A stretch of DNA of 64,000 nt from Girardia tigrina (taxonomy: Eukaryota), in contig MQRK01222709.1 in NCBI GenBank assembly GCA_001938485.1, positions 24,965 to 88,964 on the forward strand, in the 5' to 3' direction. A program made the translations under genes and the position numbers. The notes under the pieces were generated by a model, which was given only the letters and a program-made list of their open reading frames with translations, did not search any database and was not told the origin of the DNA. This document shows, in pieces, positions 29,501 through 42,500 of this stretch (within the stretch, counting starts at the first letter, position 1; each line of letters begins with the position of its first letter).

Positions 29501-32500
29501 CACTCGATTTAATACACATGTGTTTGAATTTGTCACCTGTAAAAGCTCCTCCATTGTCAACAAGGATTTCTATGGGAGCTCCATGCCGTATAAATAATTC
29601 ATCGAGAATTTTTATTACGTCGTCGGCTCCTTCAGTTTTTACTTCTCTCCAAATAGAAAATCGACTGGGCCCACAATCAATTACTGATAAATATACTCTA
29701 TTCTTGTAATAAGTATGATATGTAGCCAATCTTCACAACATTTTTCTACCAATAATGATCCCTTTGGTGTTTTTATAGGGCCGGGATCAACATTAATACA
29801 CCGTTGACAGTTTTGAACAACACTTTTCAATTTTCATACCTCCTCCTTACATTATTACATCCATGCCAATTATAACATCTACATCTTTTACTAACTCACT
29901 CATATCTAAACACTTTAATCTCAATAACACATTAGACTCAGACTCAATCTTTATCTCACACTCTCCAAGCACAGCTACTTCATTTCCATCAACTTCCTTA
30001 ACACACACATTAGACTCAATCATCTTCTATCTACCCAAGTCATATCTTACAATACTCACATCACTCCCACTATCAATAAGAGCATTAACCCACTTACTGT
30101 TCAACTTGACCATCAACCGCATAGGCACCTTTCTCCTCGTACAAGAATAGTCGGTGCCAACTATTGTTGGTTTAAGTTTAAATGATTCTTCTTCTTACAC
30201 TTGTATAATGTTCACCGGAGATTCATAATCACAAATTAACTGTTAGATTTATTAATTTTATTCCTCTCTGAATTTGCCTCTAATTTACTATGATTAACAT
30301 TCTTATTTAGCTTGTTTCGGTTAGCTGCTGTCGATTTAATAATTATTTTTTTCTTTTCATGGATTTTTACACATATCCCAATCAATGCCTGATTCATAAT
30401 TTATTAGATTTTTTAGATTTTTAAAATGTTTTCAACTTTAAAATATCAAAACAATTATTTCTTTTCTTAATTGTTATTTAATAATAAAATTATTTATTTT
30501 TAATTCGATAATATTTATCTCTCTGTAGATATTCTAATATCATTTATACATCGATCAGTTATAGTCAATATATAGTCAAACTACTTGGCTAGATAATTCA
30601 ATTTATAGTTATTAATAATAACTTATTATTTTTTGGGAAATCCTTCCTTGATTGTGTAGTCTTTATTAATCTGAGAATTAAATAGTCATTCAGTTACATA
30701 AATTCTTATAAAAAAGTCATGTTCTATTGAAATAAAGAGACAGACCACATATATAATATATTTGTCTAAAAAATGTGTTTCCTTGTTGGTCACGCTATGA
30801 TCGAAATGTGAAAATACGGGGGAATCACGTAAGCGAACCCACGCAAGGACATGATAAATCTGGATAGCCCTCATTGATACGGTTTTGTCGGTACAGCGCC
30901 TTTGCCGAAGAACGCTGCTAACCCGACGAAATCGAACGAAAGCCGTAAAGGTCGTTACATTTTTAAATCAATTCCGATTTTGAATAATGCCAATTCGAAT
31001 GTTTCCTACAAGAAATTTCGTGAGATTTTCTAAAAAAATACTAATAACATATTATTTCAATTGATAAATGACGATTTCTATCACTTATTTACCAATTTTA
31101 TTTATAAAAATCAATTTAGTATAAATTTACAAAATTTCGTTATCGTCTGAGTCACGGTCAAGCTCAAATTTTACTATGATCATATATTAATATATGTTGA
31201 TAAAATATGAAATGGTACAGGAATAGGGAGTACATCCGAATAAAGTTGAGGTAAATCTGCAGAACCCGCTTTGAGACGGTATCATCGTAAGGATCCAGGA
31301 GCCGACTTAATTTACAGACTGTTAAATCAACGCAGAATTCGAAACAATAAATGATAAATTATAATAATTACGATTTAAAAATTAAAACAGAAACTTTTAA
31401 AGACGAAAATTCAGTTCTACCGTCGTATATGTCGGTTCTTTTTCTAGTATTTATAGATGTTTATTATTATACTTTCAAATACAAATTATACTTTCTAGAA
31501 AATGTATATGAAAAGTGGCACAAAAATCTTTTCTTATTTTAGATATGGTCATTATTATCGTATAAATGACACTCTTCATCGGGATCTCGTCAAAGCTTAT
31601 GGGATTCGGTTTTTAGTTTTTGTTACCGGAAAAGCTGGAAAATTCAGTGTAATACCTCTAACAATGAATTTAGGATCAGGATTAGCTTTACTGGGCCTGG
31701 TTAGTTTATTTAATTATTTGTATTAATTACATTTGTAAAGATAACTCACACACGGTTAAAATGGTTAAAACTTTTACTATAAGCATAACTCAGATCATCC
31801 TTGAGATTAGGGAATGTAATACCGGTAATACCGAAACCGGTTAACCGCTTAACCGTCGCTATAATTCGATACCGAAATATGGTATTTAAAAAAATTATTC
31901 CAATTTACAATGATATTTTTTAAAACTTTTATTAAAAAATAAAAAAAATAGTTTTTAATTTCATCATTTAAATATTTTTTGTATAAGAAATTAGAGCAAC
32001 CTTTAGCTTATAATGAAGAAAATGAAATTTAGAAAAACTAAACTAAACTAAACGAAACACAATCGTTGACACCACCATAGGTGCAATATGGAGCCCGAAT
32101 CCCATATGAGTTAGTACGTATAAATCACCGGCATACTTTATCGAAATTCAGGATCAACTCTTACTTGCATATACGCTTCTCGAAGGTCGAGCATTGCACC
32201 AGTTCAGTCTCCATAATCGAATTTTCTCGATACATACATCACTAGCGCCGGTATATACATCGATATATCGGTACATCTCCCTAAAATCAAAGATTGGTCT
32301 CATCTGTTTCTTATTTAGCTGCTCCCTAGCAAAGGTTGGTACTAGACCTAGATGGTTTCCCATACTCTTATCATACGGTAGTATATATCCCACTTCTTTC
32401 CAATCTTTCATTTTCTTGTCAAACTCCATCTTAGATTTCTTCTCCATTCTGTAATTTGACACAGCCTTCTTAAGAAATGGGACCTCATTGCCTTTCAAAT

Positions 32501-35500
32501 CACAAATAATCTTCCAATGTTCATCAAAAGACACAGTAAAATATTTTTCCTCAACCTTCAGCGTTTCAGCATCATCTTTCTCTATTGCTACACACACAAA
32601 ATTATAAGTTCGATAAGTTATTTTCAAGACCTAATTTCCAAATGATCAAGTATATGACAAACGACTTTAAAATATTGAAGAACATTTTGAATTTATTAAC
32701 GAGGAACTTACGAAAAGTCATGTACCAATGTTCCAGAATGTTGTATTATCTTTTGAGAAACGGTCGCAATTGTATCAGACAGTTGAAAGAATATTAACAA
32801 TAACTATGAGTTGTAAATATTTCTAATTTCCTAGATTAAACATTTTGGAAATTTCACTTTTTTATGATAGATCAATAGTACGTGTTTCAAGCTGTACTGA
32901 TAATTATGAAGCACCATGTAAAATTCGATTTTTATAAACAATCTTTATATATATAGCGTATTTATTAATTATTAAAAATAAAAATTGTTTTATTGTTCTA
33001 AATCTGAAATCCATTTGTGAGTTATTTTCAAATAATAAGAGATTTTTAGAGTTATTATTCGTTTTCTTCATTGATCGTCACAACACAACCTTTACATTTA
33101 CAATTAAATGTTTTTGCAATCAACAATAAAATATAAAATATCTAAAATGTTATAAACGCAATGCTCAAACTGCAATCCATCCTTCTTCAGCTTCATTATT
33201 TGATCATTTTTTCAAAATTATCTCTGTTCATTAATTTCTTGAAATATATTTCTTATGTTATTTTTCTAATAACCGATATTAATTTTGACTATAAACATCG
33301 TTGTTTTTTTTTGTACGCGCCAGAAGAAAATATTCATTGATATAAAGTCAGGGCTTTCTTTAAATACATGAGAAGAATGTTTCGTTCCTCAGGAAGTGTT
33401 TCATTGAGATATTAAATAATGTGAAGAGACTCCATCTTGTTGAGAATAAAGTTAGACTAGACAGTTGCTGCTTGTATGGTACAAGATGATTAAGAAGTAC
33501 AAGTAAAACAGTTGGGATTTAAAAATAAAACAAACGAATATTTATAATAACTAACGGTAACTATGTTTTAAAATATGTTTTGAAAATAACAAAATAAGAC
33601 AAAAATAATTAGCAAACATATTTTACGGCAATTAGTATTATAAAATTAATGAAAAATTTTTATGATCAATTTATATAATGCAAAATTATTATTTTAAAGT
33701 CCAATGAAGGAGATTGTACTAAGGAATTCACAACAAATTAGTTGAAACTGCCCTTCTATCATTACTTTTAATATTTTAAAATATTTTAGGGCCTTAAAAT
33801 ATTAATATACAAATAATTAGTATTTTTTCATTATTTATTTCTTTAATAGTAAACTAGGATACTTTATTTGGATGTGTTGGTAACTATTTTGATTAAACTG
33901 ATTCACCAAATTTATAGACCACATCCCGAAGGAGTCAAATCATAAGTGTTCACCACTTGCATATCTGTATATTTAATCATGTATTTTATTCCGACCGCAA
34001 TCTAAGTCTTCATCAAATTTGTTTCCTTTGATTATGTCGAATTTTGTCCCAATAAATACAAGAAATAGACTGCCGTGGATTATTAGAAAATTCCAATAGT
34101 TCGGCATATTTATGGTAATAAAATCCCTTAAAAATTAAAAAATAAAAATCAACACAATGTAAAAATAACACAGTTTTTTGTATGATTTTTTTTCTGAAAA
34201 AAACTGATAATAGTCTATTTAGGTAAAAAAATTAGCACTTAAATTCCAATAAAACTTAATTATAATGAAAAAAGAAATTTCAGAAAAATATCTTTGAAAT
34301 TGATAAACTTTAATCAGAGATGTCAGACCGTGCGGGAAATCCCGCATTGCGAGAAAATTTGTAAAACAGCGGTAAATGCGGGAAAAACTGAATTGTCGTG
34401 GGATTTTTTTCCATCGTGTAATGATAAATGTTTGGTAATGTTTTTTTCTTAATGAAATGGAAAAAGTAAAGACTTTCATACTTTAAATGCTAACTTATAT
34501 TATTTATAACCCCCGCATTGTTTTTCCTTTTTAGAAATTCGAACAGAAACTCATCAGTTAACAATCCTTTTAGAAGTGACTATGATATGTAATTTACGTT
34601 TTTCTTCTTCATTAATAAATAATTTCTACTAAACTGACTGTGCGTATTGTGCTGTGAAATACCATAAAAATCAGTAAACTTCTTTTGAAAATTCCGCATG
34701 AAAAATATATAACTAAATAAATTATAATTAATAAGGAATCTAAACTTGTATTTATTAATTTCGAAAATTCAAAAAGTTATGACAAATAGAAAAAAAATAT
34801 TGTTATTAACAAATTTTAGTTTATTGATATTTCTAGCAATAAAAAAATATTAGTTGATCGGAATGTAATATTAAAAAAATCAATCCGTTTCTAATTTTCT
34901 TTTTGTTGATCCCCCACATGAAAAAAATTGAAAGCAATCCTGAGTATAAGTAAGTATATGAGATATTTCTCGAAATAATTTCGTCGAGGACACTTTTTAA
35001 ATACGGGGTCAAAAATAATTTTAGTTTTATTTTTTTTAAAGTGACTCTTGATGTGAGAATCATAAAAATAATGTTTCATGCGTTTTACTGGCCTGTATTG
35101 GGAGAAAGAAAAGATTATTAGATTTCCATTTAACTTTGGTCACAAAATAAAATGGGAAAAATATACACTTTTGAATCTTTTGATAATGGCTTCAGAAACA
35201 ACAATAATATAAAGTTTGAATTAAGTAAATATTTATGTTAAATATTTTGTAGTTTTAGAACAACTATGCCATACAAAATAGTTTGTTTATCTGGAGACTA
35301 AGAGGTCATAAATCACTCAACATATACACTTTGCAGATGTCCTTTATGTTTGTAATAGCGAGTTTCAATGTAAATTGAAGACTCAGCAGAAAAAAATGAT
35401 AAATATTTTTTTAAAAAAATACATACTTAGAAACATTTCGTCAGACCAAAATAACAATGTAATTATTGTTATTATTATTATATAAGGTGTCATGGCGAAA

Positions 35501-36502
35501 CATACAAAGGGCAAAACACCCAAAAGACATAATATCCAAAATGATTTATTCATTCATCATTCAGTACATGAATGATTTACTGAAACACTAACCTCGTTCT
35601 CTGTATTTTTTGAGCTCGACGTGGCCATTTTCCATGGTACAGTACCTCTTACATTTCGAAAAGATTTTGTCTTTGTAGATTGAATATCTCATATAAAGAT
35701 TGCCTTCCTGTACTAATTTATTTTTCAGTTTTTTGTGATTTCACAAACATTATGGAATATTTAGTTATTCAAATAAAATATTTTATTCATTCCCATTAAT
35801 TTTTTCCAACTTTATTTGTATTTTTTGAAGCAAATAGTTATTATCTTTTACGGTGAACGGAAAATTCGACTCACATATCAGCTTTTGTGATTACAGTTTG
35901 GGTCATGTTTTTATCTATTACTGAGATGAACATTATCAAGAGAAGAGTTTTACCTTTTGGAAGTCTTGCCTGTTGAATGTTTTGTTTTTTGGATGTTTTT
36001 CCTTATTATCCCATTATATGAAGTGATAGAAAATTAAAATATTCTGAAAATTTAATTATTTTATTTTAAAAATAAATTTACATAACAATTACTGAAAACT
36101 TTGTTTAACTATTTAAAGGTAAATTTTCCGTCACCGCTGTGTACACAGATCCCGAATGTTTGACCACTTTTTTAAGCGGTTCTTTTGATCACTATATTTT
36201 ATTTTTCTCAGTTTTAGTAAATTAATTAATAGTTATTTTAGCTATTTATTTGATTATTAAAAAATAAGTAAAATTTTTTTAAATTTTTAATAATATAAAA
36301 TATCAAATAGAAAATAAAAATAAAAAATTTTCAAAGATAAGTTTTTAATATAAGTTAAGAGAACCTTTATAATATGTCTTTTTAGTATGGATTTATTGAT
36401 TTTCATTTTATGATATCTATTTATTAAAATTGATATTTCAATAATATGGTATCGAAAAACTTTAAATCTGAAGATGGAGCTGTTTTATTGCTGCCTCGCT
36501 TG

Positions 36503-36546
<44 letters not shown>

Positions 36547-39500
36547 CTAGATATCAAAATAATTTAGTTAAAAAAGAATTAAAATTAAATAATGAACAAA
36601 TGAATATTTAAATTAAAAAATAATCGAAATTCTTTCATTTGTAAATGAACAATAGAGTCACAATTATTATGACTTCCGAGTATAATCATGCTTAAGTGAC
36701 TCATTGAGAGTCGAATTCTTCAATTGATTAGAATGTCTTCTAAGTAAAGTCGAGACTCGAAATGGCTCGCTATGATTAGTTGGCCAATCAGAACGAGTCT
36801 CGTGAGAGACAGTGACTTCTTGAAATCACTTTTTATTGTGATTTAGGTTTCTGATTTTTCCTCTTTTTTGTTTTTTTATTGATAACCAAATTTATGAATT
36901 TTGATGTCGAATACCATTGCGTGAAAATTTGAGAGCTTATTGGGATATTTTAAGATTGATGATACTAAGAAAAAATTATCAAAGTTAAATTTGTTTCAAG
37001 TCAAAAGTAAAATTTAAAAAATTTAAAAGTGAAATTTAAATTGGAATCAAAATATAATTGTAAAACAAGTAAATCGACTTAAATAAAAAATTTTATTTTT
37101 TTTATTTTATTTTTAAATTTTTAAATTTATTTTTATAATTTTATTTTATTTATAAATTTTATTTTGGAAAACGTAATTATTAATGGAAATATAATTTTAT
37201 TTTTTATGTAGAAAAGGGGTAATTTAAAAGTTGTTAAATTAAACGAAATTTCGATTTTAAATTCTATTTTCAAAATATTATTTTATTAAATCCAAAGTAA
37301 TTTTTAAAACTATTATGAAAACGAAATGAAAAATGCTATTGTATAGAATTGGGAAATCTAATTGAGAAACAGGTATTGAATAAAGGTACAATAAAATTGA
37401 AATTTAATAAAAGACGCAATAAAATCTTTGTGACAAAATTTTAATTAACTTTATAATTTTTATTAAAAAAGTAAAGAATTTTAATTCGTAAAAAAAATAC
37501 AATAACCATATTTATATTTACATCTATTCTTATTTAAAATGGTTTGTGTAAAAAGAAAGTGCAAAAGTTCCTCGGAAATATTTGTTTAAAAAACTCAAAT
37601 TGTGGTAGAAATAAAGTTTTGCATTAATGACAATGTCTTTTGATCAAAAACCCGATACGTACATTAACTAAGTAATCAATCGTTCTACTTTTCTCAGGAC
37701 TGTTCTCATCTCAATAATCTCACGTCTTAGTAAAAAGAGAGGAAATATTAAGTAGCTGATTTTCAGAATTTTATAAATAATTCTAATAACCTGTCAGGCT
37801 TAAGTTTCTTAAAATCTTATAACTTACTGATGTTTTTTAAATCTTCGTTACTTATGCTTTTTTTTCAAAATGTTCAAAAAGATAATTTTAATTTACATTA
37901 CATGTTTTCTTTTTTATTGTTAATATTTTTACATTTTTGTCCCCTGTTGACATTTGGGAAAGTTTATCACTCTAATTTCAACAGCTCGACGTTCGCACTC
38001 GTGTACAAATAAAAGACTTCCAAGATTTTAGCTTAAACTTATTTTTACAAAACAATAAAACCTAAAATCATTTGTTTGAAAAACCAATACTAAAATATAT
38101 AAATTATTTAATAATATTTACACTAATCATATTTTTAGTAATGATCGCAAAATAAAGAAAAATAAATAATTCGATCATGTTGATCCTCTTTTGTAATTTA
38201 GGCATCCGTTCTATGCGATATCATTGTGCTTCATTTATTGGGATCAAAAGATGTTTACCAGAAAGCGAAATTCGAAACTGTTGGAGAAGAAGACAAAATA
38301 ACAAGCGAAGTAAATTAAATATATATTCAAATAAATTAGATCTTGTCTAAAAATAAGGTTATCAAGTACCAATCATTATATATCAACAATTATGAGTTTT
38401 AAATAAGTGAATCTCAGATAGGACAGGAAATAATTAGGCCTACATCGTGACAAATCTCATCAATCTCAACGATAAGTATGATAAAATCAGTCCGGTTTTG
38501 TAAAACTTCCTCCACTTAATCGACCAGTCAAAGCCTAAATATATTGCAAATATTTTACGTCTCTTTAGTTTCCAGTGAATTTAACACGTTCCCTTAAAAG
38601 AATACTTCAATTATTGTTCATTAAAATATGTAATAATTCAAATCTACATATAATCCACTCATGTATAAATATTTAGAACTGTAAGCCGCAAAATTAAACG
38701 ACTCTCATAAAAGGAACATGTAACAGTTATAGCTATTTTCACAACCAGGAAATGTTGACCTAACATTCAAGACAAATTCCTCAGATATTTCTAAAACATA
38801 TTACTAAATCTGATCTAATTATTTCCTCTTTTTAGAAATTTTAACAAATAGAAAATTGTACATTTCCAATTGGGAAATTGTAATATTATTAAAATTAATG
38901 ATCATTTGGAATTATTTTAAAATATTTTAAATCGGTATCTCTTATTTTAAAATTTAAAACGAAATCTTTAAAGCATTAGTAATTTAGAGTGGATTATCAC
39001 ATAAGTTCATAATATCGCTACCTTGACTTCTTTGGACATTAAAGTCGATGAAGCTCGAGTAAAAGACGAAAAAGCTATCGGAAAGATAGCTGTCACACCA
39101 AAATCTTTGAAGAACAGATATTTTTTAAAAGGTTTAAAATATTTGAAATCCACCCGAAATAATTTTGTCCGACGATTTTGTAAAATATTGGATACTTTGG
39201 TTCCCAATTTTACGTCTAAGGTCAAACAGTAATCAAAGAAATGGACACATAAAAGGGAAGGTACTTGAGTTTTCTGAGAATCTACTCATGAAGTTTATCT
39301 TGTAAACCGATTGGCTCAGAAACTGTTGTTATGCAGTAATTATGACAGTAATTGTGTAAATATTTACGCCACTTTTGTCTGAATCGGTGTCCGATAAGTC
39401 AGGAAAGTGGCTGTTGTCAGCTTTTTATCCATCAGCCTTTAGAATTGACGTAAAACAGTCCATAACCTTAAAATTGTTATATTCAATTTAGTGACTCTGT

Positions 39501-42500
39501 TTGGAAACAAATATAAAAAAATTAAACGCCTTATTAAACACAAGTAGACGTATAATTGGATGAGCATATTCTCAGAAAACTACGGTAATAAATATTACGC
39601 TAACGGAAGACCATAAATTTTTAATAAACTAAAGAGTGAGTAAAACGACATCAAACAGCTAAAGAAAACGTTAAATATGATAAAAGATTTAATTACTTCT
39701 GGTTGAAAAAACTTAATAATTGATCAAAATTTAGCAAGATTAATAAAAAATAATGGGTTTAAAAATACAGATAAAAATATTAAAAATAAGATTTAAAACT
39801 AAAATTATCTTGAGAAACTTAGGTAACTGCAGTGATCTTCAATTAATTTCACAACCAATCAATTTAATTGAAAAGTGTCTTGAAGCGCGAATTTAATTAA
39901 TGTATTTATGTTAAAAAATTGTAACTAAAGCGGTGCGGGACAACTCGCCGAAAGCTCAATTTAGTTATGTAACTTTACAAAGGAAAAAAAGTCTAAATTT
40001 TAGAGTAAAACAATGGACAACTCGCCGAAAGTTAATTTTGGTTAAGTGTTATTATTAAAAAATGTAAATTTGTTGAGAGCGATTTCTTTTTAATTTGTAA
40101 ATGAAAAGATGTAAATTGGTAACTCTGCACAAATTTTTGAAATTAAAAAAATAAAGTTATTGATTGAAATTTGTCTTTGTACTGAAATTTAAATAAAAAC
40201 ATGAAAATCAACGCCAGCTCAGTTTAAAGGGAGCAAAAAATTATTCCAGATAATCCGGCGGTGAGAACTTTGGTATCTCCGTTTAGGTTCATAACTTTGG
40301 TCTTATTGATATTGATCTTTAGTCCTAAATCTACAAATGAGTCATTCAGTAGAATAAGGTTTCTGATAAGATTGTTCCAGTCGGTGTCTATCAGACAGAG
40401 ATCGTCCGCGTAAGCCAGTCTGTTGATCTCATCCCGCTTCAGCTCCCAGGAGATGAAAAACCGTTCAAATGTACCAAATGCAGCAAAGGTTACAAAACGA
40501 AAGGACGGTTCACTAGGCATCTGCGTAAAGATCATCGAATAGAAGCGAGGGAGAATATCAATGAACATCCGACAGAATCATCAGAGCAATCCAACAGAAG
40601 AAGCGACAATCCAGCCAGAGACGAAGAACCCACACTTATCCAAACGACCAATTTTCAGCCAGCAATAGTCACCCAGACTATTTCAACGGTGGTGGAGCAA
40701 ACGACTTATCCCGAAGATACACATTTGACTTTTAAGATCGCAGATCCAAATGCGAGGGGAAAGCTCAAATGTCCCTTTCGCGGCTGTACCAAGTCCACCA
40801 ATACAGCCAAAGGGTTGCTCAATCATGGTACCACAATTCATGATTGGTCGTTTGCAACAGGGAAGCCTAAAAATTTCGGAGACTGAAGCACTCCGTCCCC
40901 GTAGGAGGCCTACCGGAGGGCAGCTAGCACTCTTTAGTTTGGGTGGACCCTCTAAAGAGCCTAGTGGCTCAATACCATTCGAAAGAGATGGGAGGCCCAC
41001 ATTCCAGATAATAGGAAAAGCAAATAGGAAAGAAATATCTAAGTTCAACAGTAATTGAATCTAGAAAAACGCATCTTCAGTTGCAAAAGTTTCCCATCGA
41101 AATGAATTCAACTAAACCTTAATTTCACAACGAGCTCAAAAAGGATCAAACAGGTCAGACTAATCAACAAAAATGGAAAAGTGAAACGGCCCTTGTCAAG
41201 CCCATGTCTATAATTTTATAACACAGCATTAAAAATTACGAGTTCATGCTGAAAATGGGGGAAAGATATTTGATTATTAAATAAGAAAAGATGGCTTTAC
41301 ATGATATATTCCACAACTAGAGCTTTGAATAAATATGTTTTACTGATTTCTGTGCTAGTTTGGTTCCTTCGGAAAATAATCTTTAAAAACCCAAAAAGAA
41401 CCTAGGAGGACATATTTTTTTTAGTTGTTTTGAGTGATTTGATGTGAATATTTAACACTTCTTATTAAAAGATATCATAAATAAATTTTTTGATTTTTAT
41501 TCTAACCAGTCTTGGATAGTGATAAAATTTATATAAACCTTTAGGGCATCCTTTTGTCTTAATTATTCTGTATTGGTTTTGTAAGTGAAAACGAATTTCA
41601 ATGACCCCCAACATTTTTAGTGATGTTATGAAACCATTATTTAAATTTATCTGGCAAAACATCTAAAAAATATCAATTCTTCTGAAGAAGAATTGAATAT
41701 TAAGCCCAGTAAATGAAAAAATATATTATTTCGGTAAAACTTTGATCTTTTACTGCAAAAATTAATGAAATTAATTAATTTTTACATCAAAATTTTTCAT
41801 TAATAAAATATTGAATCTATTTTTTGCGAAATAAATTATTTGGATTTTGAAATAATATTCGTAAGAAATTAGAAATTAGGCGAAATCCCAACGACCGAAA
41901 TAGATGACATTCTATACGAATTTTATATATTATCAAAGAATTATAATGTCTTTAAATAAGTCCTATTAATAAAAATATTATCCCCCAAAAGATACATTAT
42001 TTCAATGTAAAAATTGTAATCTTTAATGAAATAATTCTAATATTTCTTGTGACGGTCAATTAATAATGATAATAATTAAATTTTTAATTACTAATCCGAT
42101 TTAATAATTAAAATTAACATGAAATTTTCATACATTAATTAAAACATTTTTTTCAGTTTATTTCTTTCGAAAGTCATGAAAATATTTTTAATGTTCTTCT
42201 TTCATTATTTTAGGAGACGTAAACGATTTTTGGTAAAAGAAATTTATAAAAGGAAAAAAATAATTTTTTTCTCCGGAATTTTCGTATTTATGGGAAAACA
42301 AAATTAATAATCTAATATTATTTGATTAAAATTTGATTGATGCCTTAATTAATTATGATTATAAATATTATTTCATTTTTTAATTAACATTAGTCATTTT
42401 TTTTGTTATTTTACTATGATATATTTTTTTCAGGTTTTTTTTGTCACTTGAATGATTCATTTATTTTCAGAAATTATTTTCTAAATTACATTATTTTTTA

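Noticed and set aside
34520-34560. Possible hammerhead (CTGATGA on the minus strand)
   Set aside because: No GAAA box and no stems II or III. A CTGAAGA...GAAA near 44418 was rejected for lacking the stems.
40224-40568. 114-aa ORF as a single RT protein
   Set aside because: It crosses the inversion junction near 40445; the first part is the antisense of the zinc-finger frame.
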